Below, piece after piece: positions 23,601 to 34,198 of a stretch of DNA of 64,000 nucleotides. This stretch comes from Marsupella aquatica. Taxonomy: Eukaryota; Plantae; Marchantiophyta. Positions within the stretch are counted from its first letter, which is position 1; each line of letters opens with the position of its first letter. A program made the translations under genes and the position numbers. The stretch lies in contig OZ316896.1 in the NCBI GenBank assembly GCA_973895155.1, forward strand, positions 7,449,278-7,513,277, written 5' to 3'. Under the pieces are notes generated by a model that did not search any database, was not told the origin of the DNA, and saw nothing but the letters and a program-made list of their open reading frames with translations.

Positions 23601-25094
23601 AAAGTTGCATTGGATGTCTCTAAAGTAGGGTTATAAACATTTAAACAATAAAAACTTCAAGACTTTTCTTCTTTTCTCTCTTTAAGAAATAAGTACCATC
23701 TCACAGTGTGCATATCTTTTTTGGGGTGGGCAGGAAAGCTATGTTGTTATCCTGCAACAGAAGTTGGAGGAGGGTAACAAGGCCATGGAGGCTTTGAAGG
23801 AATCTGAGTCATTTATCCTAAAGGGGATGGCTACATTTGAGAAGCTCATTGAGACCAGGAAGAAGCGCTTTGAACAGTTACCACACAAGGTGGCTCGTTT
23901 GAAAGTTGTGGAATCATAGTTGGAAGGACATGTGAAGCGTTTAGAGTTGGCTGCAACAGCTCAAAGGGCTGAATTGTCCATTTTGGAGCCTGTGTTGTCC
24001 AATCCATGTCTAGCATTGCAGCCTTGATTTGTTCCCACATCAACTGCGATAGTGGGAACTGAAGTGTTCGTGAGTAATTGTCCAGTTTGTTGCCACGGGT
24101 ATCATTGTTTCAATTGGGTTCCAGCAAGTTGTGGCCATGCCTATCATCCGCATTGTTTATTTACCTTGTTGGGGGATAAAACAAGGACAAGCTGTTGCTT
24201 TGCTTGTGGGGAACCCTTTTGTGAAGATTGGATTTGAAGTTGGGGTCTTCCAAAGAGAGCGATAGACAAGCTGCCGTCAGGTGAAGGCTCCTATATTCAG
24301 GATTTGAAGGCAACGTATGGGGCTAATAGTGCCCAATTGGGCACACGTCGTCACCTTTTGCAACAAATGCAGTCCATGCAAGCAGTGGTATGTGTATAAC
24401 CAGACTAGGCTTGCAGGTCATGTTTAGGTAGTTGGACAGTTTGAGTTTTTAGTTGGGCCATGAAGTGAATGTCGTCATTGTGTGTGCAGGAACAAGCCGA
24501 GGTCCAAGCAATTGTGTTGTTGAACAATGTGGACCACACTAGTGTGGTGCATGAACAGGGTGCCCCTGTGGATGAGTCTCCTGAAATGCCAGTGTTCAAT
24601 TCCACAGCAGCCATCGGACTGCATGTGAGGAAGAAACAAAAGCAGGAGAGTGAAGTAGCTAGCAAGGTGACCAGTACCCCATTGACATCTCTTGAGCTTG
24701 GCACCTTGCCCTTCACTCTTCAGTCTCTCTCTCATGTTTCATTCAGGCAACTGTTGAGCCTCGTTCAAACTGAAGCAGGAGAAACATCTCCTCCACAGTC
24801 CAGGAGTGCAATCCAATCCCAAGTTGTTCCTCCCAAGTCATCAAACTCCAGGAAAAGATTGCAACTTCTTGTGAGAGACCCGTAGCAAAAGGAAGAAGGT
24901 TTTTCTCTGGGTGCTGTAAACTGAATAATATAGAAAATCATTTTATGTGCAGCAAACTAAATCAGGGCGGAAAACAAGAGCCACTACTGTGAACTAGTTG
25001 TAGAGATCAAGCAGGTAACTATGGGTTTCCTACCTTGTGATGTTCTTTTGTCCTTTATTTGTTTGCCTTTGGTTGTCATTATGGTTTGTCACAC

Positions 25095-25515
25095 TAGCAG
25101 GACTCGGACAACAAGGGCCAAGGAGTTCAAGTCCTTCTTAAGGACTTTCAGTTCTCGCTTGAGCACTTGAAGTCCTTCATAAGCACTTGAAGTCCTTATT
25201 GGAGTCGTGGGGCAAGGACTGGGAGTCCTTCGGCCATGACTAGGACTTGGAGTCCTTGGGCAGAGTCCTTGAGAAAGGACTAGTAGTCATTGGGCAAGGA
25301 AGGACCCCCAGTCCTTGGGCAAGGACCCCGAGACCTTGGGAAAGGACACGGAGTCCTTGGGCAAGGATAGGGAGTCCTTGGGCAAGGACACGGAGTCCTT
25401 GGGCAAGGACACTTAGTCCGTCGACAAGAACACTGAGTCCTTGGCTAAGTCCTTCGGTAAGGACTCTAAGGATTTACCAAGGACTTGGAGTGAGGAAGGA
25501 CTTGAAGTCCTTGGG
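25095..25515. repeat. AGTCCTT/AAGGACT short-unit repeat array in a probable intron
   Basis: Many GAGTCCTTGGGCAAGGAC units between donor-like CAG|GTAACT (~25015) and acceptor TTTCAG|ATG (25626). Confidence 0.8.
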
Positions 25516-25626
25516 AAATCCTTGCAAAAGTCTATGGAGTGAGAAAGTGCAAGAGTCTTTGGTTAGTTTGTTTGATTCAAATTGTTGAATTCTTGATTTT
25601 GAGAATGAGGTGCTTCAATTTTTCAG

Positions 25627-26208
25627 ATGGAGAAGCTTAGCCTATATGATACTCTCCATGAGGTCAGGATTGATCAGATATGGGGTCTATGTGCTGGAGC
25701 CTTTACTTATGAAGGCTGTGGGGGAGTTTTGAGTGATGGCCGTCCCTGCACCTTGGAAAAGCACAAACGGAGGTTGAGAATGCAGAATCCTGAGTCACCT
25801 TTAGGTCCTCGATCACGCAACAGACTCCAGCACTCTTGTTCTAGGGATGGGGAAGGAACATATATGTACTGTTTTGCTGTGCAGGTTGGCGATGTGGTGC
25901 TTCAAGTGAATGAAGCTAATGGTCTGCAGTTGATGGGGATCTCGGACCAGGACTATAGGGATTCTGATGATGAGAGGAGAGAAGAGATCAGGGATCAGGT
26001 TTTGGCAAGGACTTGGATCATCAGGTATGTCAAGGGTGACAAGGGAGGAGATCTGCCTCGAGCATTGTACTTTGAAGAAATCAAAGTCAAGGCTCCAGCA
26101 GACGAGTCGTCTGTGGCCGAAGTTGGCCTTAGCAAGCTTAAGAATATTGTTGCTGACCTAGGGTCAGACATACTGGAGACATTCAGGTCTTTTAGCATCA
26201 AAAAGTAG
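25627..26208 (+). CDS. RPA1 C-terminal-like (zinc-binding OB-fold) protein
   Basis: 193-aa ORF with FTYEGC..C....C..YMYCFAVQVGD..LQLMGISDQDY, matching the pattern of replication factor A C-terminal domains. Confidence 0.55.
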   Translation: MEKLSLYDTLHEVRIDQIWGLCAGAFTYEGCGGVLSDGRPCTLEKHKRRLRMQNPESPLGPRSRNRLQHSCSRDGEGTYMYCFAVQVGDVVLQVNEANGLQLMGISDQDYRDSDDERREEIRDQVLARTWIIRYVKGDKGGDLPRALYFEEIKVKAPADESSVAEVGLSKLKNIVADLGSDILETFRSFSIKK

Positions 26209-26959
26209 GCAGTCAAACTATACAAGAGGAAGGGTTTCGGATGGTTGGGTTAAATCATCTGGTTTTGGATGATACTTTGTTAGAGATTGAGGCCTTGGGA
26301 GCCTCGTTTTCATTGTAAGACTTTTTCTTACCAACTATGTATTCATCTCAGAATTTGGTGCTTGGTTACAATTTACAGAGTTTGAAGAAAACCGCATATG
26401 TTATTCATGCCCACATTCATGTCTATTTTAATTGAGTGGTTTGGTCACGAAAGCTCCATACATTTCGTCTTTTGTTTCCACTAGGATCCTGTCTACGTGT
26501 GGGTGCTGCAAATTCCTTGCGGGATAATGTCTGACTTCAACATGGGACACTTCTCCAGACCCGCTTTACTTTGAACTACTGGCAAAGTGCATTATTATGG
26601 TTTATGTGATTTTTTCTATTGTTCTTTAGTCATGGCGAGCAACAGAACCATGCAGGTGTCCCCAAAGTGATCAAAATTATTGCCCCGCCGGTGAAATATT
26701 GAATATGTAATATTGAGTACATGCAAAAATGATAATTTAACTCTCTCAATTGAGAGACAAAGTGCCTCAAAACCAATAAAACTCCCACTGGGATAGATAT
26801 TCAATATTGTCCTAGTAAAGCCCCTTTAGGGTCGGACGAGTAGAATGGGAAACCATGGAAAGAACCTGAAGACATCAAGTATTTAGGCAACAAGGAATCT
26901 GTTCATGGATATGGATGCTCGGGGGGGGGGTCACTTCCGCGGAAGTGCCACATCACGTG

Positions 26960-29900
26960 TGTGATGCCTAGACAGGAATCACTCGGCCAGTTAAGTGGGT
27001 AAAGCAGGAAGGCACCCTAGGAACACCTTAGTATAGGGACAAAACAAGGAAAATATAAACCATTAGGGGCAACCATGGAACCCGGGCCGAGGCCGGAGGT
27101 AAGGACGCTGTGGGTGAAAACTCGATTAGGGTTAGGGCGCGTTAAGCGTCGGCGGCTAGGAAGGATCAACGGGAAGAAGGACCGGCAGAGGAGAGGGGTA
27201 AGGAGCGCTTGCAGGAGATGGTGGCTCATTTGCGAGCACGAACTAGGCAGACGACTACGGGAGGCCAACTACTGTCAGCTGCTTAGGCAAGCACTCGGGG
27301 AGAGAGTAGATACCGACGATCGACCTAAGGAGGGTATGAGCAACGTCAATCAAGCGGCACATTTCTGGGGATGCCTGTTCGAACGGGCAACTAAGTACAT
27401 CAAGACTTACGAGGACGAGGAATCAGAAAGGGCAGCTCGAGAACGGCAGGAGCTCGCTCGATTGTGGGAGCTGCAGAAGACGGCTTTCTTAGGAGGCGAA
27501 CTCATCAAGGACGAGTTCCTGTGGACGCCTACTTCCAATCAACTCGACGATCTTCTGTTTTGCAAAGACAGCGTCGTCGGCATCCGAGAGGCCATCAAGA
27601 ACTGCAACGACATACACTGGGAATTAAAGGGTAGCACGGAAAGGTGGACCCAGGCAACGGTGCTAGGAGAAACCTCCACGGCAGCAGAGATGAAGAGGAA
27701 GGGAGCCGTCAACGATGAAGCCACCCCGGCAAAAAGAACGAGGTCGGCGGCACCAAATAAGCCAGCCGAGCAGCAGAGCAGGAGGCAGGGAGAAGTCGAA
27801 GAGGAGGAGGTCGATCCCATCAAGGCCATTCCAACCAAGGATGACACCTGGAAGGGCTGGGCGGCAACCCTACCGGTGGAGGTGCAACTACATTTTGCAC
27901 GGGAGGAGGATGCATGCTTCACGGCCATGCAGACCAAGAAGTACCAAGGCTTCATGGCCGGATCCGGCTTAGAGGCCTTTGTAAGATTACCATGGCTGAA
28001 GCCGGAGGTACCGGAGTCAGACCTATTAGAATTCGTGGGGTCATGGGAACCCGAGACCAATTGCACGAGGATATATGGGAAGGATTTCTATCTTACTCCC
28101 AAGGTAATTGCCGAAGTGTTTGGCTTGCCGATAGGCAATAAGACCAAAGTTGATACCAGGAAGACCTTGCCTGACAAGGAGTTCCGGTCGTTCCCCGGGC
28201 CATCAACGAAGAATGGCTTCTTCCGGAACACCTGCACCAACCCGCACATAGGAGAGATGATCGACTTCTTGCGGGTGACCATGCATTGTAACTTGCCGAG
28301 GGCAGAGATCGGCAAGGCACAGGTCTATCTGGCAGAAAGGCCAGACCCAAGCCGGGACTACAACGGGTACCTCCTCAACCAATTGAAGAAGATCTTAAAG
28401 GAGGAGCAACAGGTAATCGGCATGGGGAGCGTGTCGCGGCTTGGCTATCACATGCCGCTGTTGTGCCGGTATGCCAGAGGTCAGACTTTTGCCCCGGTAC
28501 TTCCCCTGCAGGTAAGGGCACCCGAGGAAGCTCCAACGCCGAGGCCGTTGGCTGAGAAGCCTCAACCACCTGTTAGCCCTACGATCGAGCAGGTGTTTAG
28601 GCCCAGGAAGGAGGACTTGCCGATGCAGCAACCAGGCATGCAGAGTCTGCTGAAACTACTAGAGAACGAAAAGAAATCGGCATCGGCAACAACAACGGCA
28701 ACGGCAACAATGCAGGACACTACTATAGAGGTAGGCCTACACCGGCTCACAAGAGAAAACCCCTTTGCTGGAGACAAGGAGAGAATCAGGCCGGAATCCA
28801 AGCCCGGTGTTCGAATGTATGTGGGAATCTCAAGCTCCGAATCTGAGGCAGAATTGCCTGAAGCTCCTACCGACGAAGAGGAGAGGGAGAAGCCGGACGG
28901 CCAAGAAGTAGAGGAGGCAGTGGAGGACTGCAGCCATGATAATTCCGGCTATGGGTCGGACCATCACGTCCCAGGAGTAAGGACCTGTGGCCGGTTTGTC
29001 CCCACACTTCCAAGGGTAGTGCGAGGGGACCCCAACCAGCAGAGTAGCCCTGAGTCTCCCCCACCAGATGTTGCTCCCCCGAGCTTCGACGGCATAAAAC
29101 AGACAGTGCAGGAATTTCAGGAGCAAATCAAGCAGGAAGAGGAGGCAGCCCTGGCTAGGGAAAAGGATTTACCAGGAGGAGATTGGCCGGAGGACATCAG
29201 GCGGCTAGCCAAAAAAGGAAGCAAACCTCTAGCCACGATTGAAGAGATCCGCAAGACGGCTTGGGAGCAGAGGCCGCAATGGGCGATGCCGATTACTTCT
29301 ACTTACTCCACCTACGCTAAGAATAGAGCCATGGAGTATGGTGAGATGTGTGGGGAACTTGCGCTCGGCATCTTTGGAGAGGAGTTGGAGGTAGGACCCT
29401 TTTTCCATAGGGAGCAGTTGGAGAAGCACCAATTAGAAGAAGCGATGGCTTTAGAGAGAAGCAAGAAGGACGAGGTCATTCGGCGGCTTAGGAGGATGGA
29501 AGCCGAGATTGAAGATCTAAGGGCGGCCAAGAAAGCCCAAGATGAACTGCGGATTAAACGACATGAGCTGAACATCATGCAGGGGCAGTTGGACACCGCG
29601 CAGGCTGATAATCAGAATATCAAGGATAAACTGACTCAGACGCAGGGAGAGTTGGCCGACACGATCAAAGAGAGGGAGAAGTGGAAGCAAGAGCTGAAGA
29701 ATACAGAGGAGGCCCACATAACAGCCAACAGCCGGGCCATGGCGGAGACCCAAAGAAAGGAATGGGCGTTGAAGGGGGAGCTCGAGAAAATCCGCGGAGC
29801 CCTTGAGCAGAAGGAGGCCGAGTTAGGGAAATCCTATCAAGGGATTATGGCACTGCAGCAGGAGCTTGCGTCCCTGACGGCCAGCTTCAAGGCCGACCTA

Positions 29901-31622
29901 AGGGAGAAGGACGAGATGCTCGAACAGACTTACGCCAAGATGAACCAGATGGAGTCTGTCATCATTGCAGAGCTCGACAAGGAGCTAAGAGCAACCCAGG
30001 AGGAGAGGACTACCTTGAAACAAGAACGGGAGGAAGCCCAGAAGGAACTAGAGGAGGCATGCAAGGACCTGGATGAGACCCAGGAGGAGTTGGAGGAAAT
30101 CACGAGGAAGATGGAGAACCTCCAGTGGCGGGCCGACAACCAAACGGAGCGGCTGAAGAAACAAGCCGCAGTATTTAAGTGCTTGTCTTCATCAGGCCCA
30201 ACTCCAATTGGGGCAACCAAGTTACTAGGAGTGGTACTGGCCGAAGAAAAAGCCGCGCCACCTGCACCAGTGCCGGAAGTAAGTGGGAAGGGGAAGGGAC
30301 CAGCTGCCGAACCAGAAAAGAAGAAGAAGCGGAAACCTTCAGGGTCAAGGAGTAATCCGACTCCACAAGCCGTGGTGACCAAGGAGGTAGAACCAGCACC
30401 ATCCTCCGACATGAATACGGCAATAGATCCCGCTATCATCACAGGTGGGGGTGGTGCGGCCCAAGCCGAACTACTCAGTAATGAGGCCGGTATCCCAGAT
30501 CCGCCTCTTGAGCAGGCCGGGGAGACCCAAGCCGTGGCTGAGGCCGTAACCGGTTCCCGAGCCGATGCCGACGCCGATGGTGGACCCAGTCAGGCCGATG
30601 GAGAGTTGACTCAGTCAAGGGCAGGTAATCTGTCAGAGAATGAACCTACGGCAGTGGCTGAGGAGGAAGCATTGGGGGCGTCCATTAAGGATCCACCACC
30701 GGTGTCGTGACGGTGCAAGGGCGCCGTTCCTTTTAGGGAGGGCGGACGTGGAGGGAGGAGGCGTGAGTGGGCAGGGCGGGCGCTGATCTCCAAGTTTAGG
30801 ATTAGGATCAGGACCAGGAGCGGCCCTGACACTTAGCTTAGTGGGATTGCGGTTCCACTGGTAAGAGCAACACTTGTGCTCCTGCCTTGCTGTACATAGG
30901 TAGATTCGGGCAAGTAGATTACTATTAAGTAGATTAGGCTTACGATGCAAAGAATGGCGGATCCACTACCAGGATAAGTACCTGGGCAGCGGGGAGCTCA
31001 GGGCCTCTTCTTTAGCAAGTTTTTAGTTTGCACCAGCCGGGCTGGGATCAAGTAGTACGAGAAGCTCTCGATTAGTCATACAGTGACCCTTGTGTATATT
31101 CATGTTTCCTCATGCCTAAGAGCTGAATAGAGTTGGCCTCACGGCTTAGTTCGCAGAACTTGTGTATGAGATGTACTGTTTGTATGGCAAGTGCATGGTA
31201 TGACTCAGTCAGAATGAGTCATTTTGCTATTTGTGTGTCGCATTAACTTGTGTGAAGAGTGCCCACATCAACCAAAAGGAAGGAAAGTAAGCAGGGGAGT
31301 GAGAGTTGGATGTGTCGAGCTGAGAGAGGTCTTAGCGGCTTAACCAAGCCTATTGGGGATCATTCCGGCGGCGGAATCCAAACATACCTAACAAGACGGA
31401 GGGGAAGACAGGGGAAGGCCTAGATTAGGCCGGCTACATATCTCATGACCCGATGAAGGATCTGTCCAGTATATGTGTGTAAAATGTTAATAGTAGTAGT
31501 AGAAGGTTAGCAGCGTCCCATGCCGCTAAGCCGCGGAAACGGCCTCGCCAAGCGCGAAACCTGCAGGAATCGGCTTGAGCTGGGGGGTTTCTTGGGTTTA
31601 GGGAGCCATGGGACGCACCACA
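26960..31622 (+). mobile_element. Element A copy 2 (4663 bp) with intact ORF
   Basis: TGTGATGC...GCACCACA termini; 5-bp TSD ACGTG at 26955-26959 and 31623-31627. Confidence 0.93.
27075..30710 (+). CDS. Element A protein: plant-transposon (PMD/Transposase_32-like) domain, acidic/proline linker, long coiled coil, basic KKKKRK motif
   Basis: Uninterrupted 1211-codon ORF with GLEAFVRLPW..LLEFVGSW..IYGKDFYLTPKVIAEVFGLP. No gag, protease, RT, RNase H, integrase or DDE motifs are recognisable. The true start may be the downstream MSNVNQ ATG. Confidence 0.8.
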   Translation: MEPGPRPEVRTLWVKTRLGLGRVKRRRLGRINGKKDRQRRGVRSACRRWWLICEHELGRRLREANYCQLLRQALGERVDTDDRPKEGMSNVNQAAHFWGCLFERATKYIKTYEDEESERAARERQELARLWELQKTAFLGGELIKDEFLWTPTSNQLDDLLFCKDSVVGIREAIKNCNDIHWELKGSTERWTQATVLGETSTAAEMKRKGAVNDEATPAKRTRSAAPNKPAEQQSRRQGEVEEEEVDPIKAIPTKDDTWKGWAATLPVEVQLHFAREEDACFTAMQTKKYQGFMAGSGLEAFVRLPWLKPEVPESDLLEFVGSWEPETNCTRIYGKDFYLTPKVIAEVFGLPIGNKTKVDTRKTLPDKEFRSFPGPSTKNGFFRNTCTNPHIGEMIDFLRVTMHCNLPRAEIGKAQVYLAERPDPSRDYNGYLLNQLKKILKEEQQVIGMGSVSRLGYHMPLLCRYARGQTFAPVLPLQVRAPEEAPTPRPLAEKPQPPVSPTIEQVFRPRKEDLPMQQPGMQSLLKLLENEKKSASATTTATATMQDTTIEVGLHRLTRENPFAGDKERIRPESKPGVRMYVGISSSESEAELPEAPTDEEEREKPDGQEVEEAVEDCSHDNSGYGSDHHVPGVRTCGRFVPTLPRVVRGDPNQQSSPESPPPDVAPPSFDGIKQTVQEFQEQIKQEEEAALAREKDLPGGDWPEDIRRLAKKGSKPLATIEEIRKTAWEQRPQWAMPITSTYSTYAKNRAMEYGEMCGELALGIFGEELEVGPFFHREQLEKHQLEEAMALERSKKDEVIRRLRRMEAEIEDLRAAKKAQDELRIKRHELNIMQGQLDTAQADNQNIKDKLTQTQGELADTIKEREKWKQELKNTEEAHITANSRAMAETQRKEWALKGELEKIRGALEQKEAELGKSYQGIMALQQELASLTASFKADLREKDEMLEQTYAKMNQMESVIIAELDKELRATQEERTTLKQEREEAQKELEEACKDLDETQEELEEITRKMENLQWRADNQTERLKKQAAVFKCLSSSGPTPIGATKLLGVVLAEEKAAPPAPVPEVSGKGKGPAAEPEKKKKRKPSGSRSNPTPQAVVTKEVEPAPSSDMNTAIDPAIITGGGGAAQAELLSNEAGIPDPPLEQAGETQAVAEAVTGSRADADADGGPSQADGELTQSRAGNLSENEPTAVAEEEALGASIKDPPPVS

Positions 31623-31889
31623 ACGTGCGACAAAGTATAGGGCCATTTAATTGGGTTTGGCGGAAGACTTCCAAAGATTCGTGGAAGAACAATAGGGTCC
31701 GTTTTAATTCTTGGGCCGCTTTAAAGAACAATAGGCATTTATTAAATGGGACATATTCCACAAAAGATGTCCATGAAAGTTAGGGTTGCTCGTAGTAGTT
31801 TACATGGGACACATGGCATGTTTTGATTGGTCCAAGTGTCATAATATAATTGGTACACATGTAGGGTACTGTAGTCAAAATTGGTTTTG

Positions 31890-32560
31890 GGGGAGGTGTT
31901 TACAAAAGACAGCAAACAGGAAAGAGGATTTAATAACAAAAACTGGTAACAGGAAAATAGGTGGAAAATTTTTCGGAAATTTTTTTTTTAATTTTTTTTT
32001 TCTCGGTCGGGCAATTGTTTTTGTTAGCGCCCAAAGCTAGCCAAAAATGTTGCATTGTTAATTTTTTTTGGAAATAACATGTTTTATGAGACATTTTTAA
32101 ATTGTCATTTTTCCTGGTAACAATGGATTTTTCCTGGTAACAGCATATTAAAAATAGGAAAAAAATTCCTGTTTGCCTATTTCCTGTCTCCGTCACTATA
32201 CCCTTTGGGGTTTGTTTGGGGTATGACACGCGTGATAGTAAACATGAAATAGGTTTACTGGTACCAGGAAAATTTTTCCTGTCACCAGCAACAAGTTACT
32301 GTTACCAGGAAAAATAATCATGTCAAAATATTTTCTAAAAAGTCTTATTTTCCAAAAAAATCTAAGTTACAACATTTTTTGGCTAGTTTTGGGCGCTAGC
32401 ATTACCAGCGTCGGGCACTAGCAAAAATAAATAAAATTTTGAAAAAAAAAAATTCAAAAAAAATTCAAAAAAATTCAAAAAAAATTACCACTCATTTTCC
32501 TGTTACTAGTTTCTGTTTTCTGTTACTGTTTGCTGTTTCTTGTCGTTTGTAAATACCCCT
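31890..32560. mobile_element. Imperfect inverted pair of ~320-340-bp AT-rich MITE-like sequences
   Basis: 31890-32203 is an imperfect reverse complement of 32218-32560 (e.g. TTAGCGCCCAAAGCTAGCCAAAAATGTTG vs CAACATTTTTTGGCTAGTTTTGGGCGCTAG). A related sequence begins at 63951. Confidence 0.6.
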
Positions 32561-32561
32561 T

Positions 32562-34198
32562 CCGATGCCACATCTACCATCAATCTCCACGCATTTTCAA
32601 GGGACTCGGTGTCTTCGGCTCTCAACTCACAAGTAAAAATTGTACACAGAACCGATAATTGTGGTCATAAACATGTGCACTGAATGTCAACCATCCAATA
32701 GTGATGCGATGCATCACGTCAAAACTGACCCAAGCACCTTCCAAAACTCCTCTAGACTCCATGCTCCTCAAAATGTCCACACTAGATCCAGGTCCGTTTG
32801 TACTCATTTTGAATACATGCGCTCGATCATTCTTATTCCCTTGACTAGGAAAAAGGTACCTTTGCACAAAAGGGAAATTATTCCTTGACTCCATTTCACG
32901 AAGGGCATCAAGTTCTCCTTTTTGGGGATTATCCATCTTGATACTCCGGAGTATAGCTTGGAACTTGGGAGCAGTGGAAACCACACCTATGGAACTCCAG
33001 ATTTCCATCTGTTCTTCTCTCGACAATTGAGATGATGATTCCGGATGCAAAAGTGAGACAAGGCTGCCAATGGACTGGTTCCTCACACGTGCTGGAGTTG
33101 ATATTGGATTCAATCTATAACATCTTCCGCAATCTTTCTCGCTGAACGAGATTTCCCCTTCCAAATCGGATGGTCATGGAATCCCATATGCACAGTCAAC
33201 CTGGACATATGCATTGAAATGTGACTCTCCAAACCTGGCTTAGGGTACACGTACAACAGTTTTGCCGGGCAATTTTGAATACAAAGCGGCCGCTCTTCAC
33301 AAAATCCACAAACTATGCCACCCTCACTCACGTGCTCCCCAAGACGGAAGATGGCAGTCAGTAACCCTTTCCCTCTAAACGAGCAAGCATTTTTCTCATT
33401 CGTATGCTTAAACTTCCGACATCCCAAATTATGGCATTCAAGTATTCCAGCACATCGGACTTTCAAGACAGACCAATGGAACCTTGGCTTCAGGTTTGCA
33501 GACGTAGTGACAAGTTGAGTCCACGAATAGCCGTCATTCTCTCGATCCATATCTTGAAGACCTCCTCCGCGTCCGGACCCTTCGATGGGAGGAAGTTCAA
33601 AAACAACGTTACCATTGTATGTCGATGGCAGACTAGGAACCTAGCATTCCTTCCACTGATTCCCTCTTCAAAATTGTGCAAGTTCACTCGCGCCATTTAT
33701 ATTAAGGAAAGTGTCATAAGCACTCATCCGATACACTGTTGGCATGGTAAGCACATCCATTTTCTTGACCAATCCTCCGGGTTCCGAACCACCTCCTGAC
33801 TTGGCTAACCCACAAGATGTGTCCTGCCTTAGACTATCGGGTGATATTTCAATGATATCCGGGGCCATTTCTTTTTGTAGGCGTTTCCAGATCTATCATA
33901 CGAGTAGCCTCTTCTTAGGAGGAGAATCCACATGGTCCAGAATGATTTCAGGAATGTCATCTTTACTCAACACAACCTCTACATGAGATCCAACCTTCAA
34001 TGTCTAAACCCTGTTGGAAGTACTACTCTCTTCTCTCAACTCGTGACTACGTGTTCCATTTTGACAATACAGCTCAAACAACTTGCAGATGATATTACCA
34101 TCTACAAGTCCAAACCAAGTTGTAAGGAATGACTCTGTCACTGTCACCTCCGATGAACCTGGTGTGCTAGGAAGCACAACTACATCTCCCGGCCTCAT
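32562..34198 (-). pseudogene. Frameshifted, 3'-truncated MULE-type transposase with GCM/WRKY-like zinc domain
   Basis: Fragments DRENDGYSW, CAGILECHNLGC, CPAKL..HMGFHDHP, WVSFDVMHRI..WLTFSAHVYD and TIFTCELRAEDTESLENAW lie in different frames. The sequence stops at the MITE-like repeat. Confidence 0.65.

Larger units (their letters stand above)
455..24885 (+). pseudogene. Host gene split by nested insertions: plant-mobile-domain-like N-terminus, coiled coil, RING finger
   Basis: Removing A1 and B1 with one TSD each joins 455-589 (..TFGLPNEG..LAEV), 5328-5519 (FGEKDRNGY..VDWCVYA) and 21021-21644 in frame. A phase-0 GT-AG intron (21645-23733) leads to a coiled coil plus CPVC..CGHAYHPHC..CFAC at 24052-24237, with in-frame stops. 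The last exon is ~24490-24885. Confidence 0.65.

Noticed and set aside
22263-23701. Possible TIR element in the host-gene intron (AGRTGGTACT ends, CCGGTT/AACC motifs)
   Set aside because: The terminal match is short and imperfect, and no TSD was found.
590-31622. A1 and A2 as the two LTRs of one 31-kb retroelement
   Set aside because: Each copy has its own matching 5-bp TSD (AAGTG; ACGTG), and no gag-pol lies between them.
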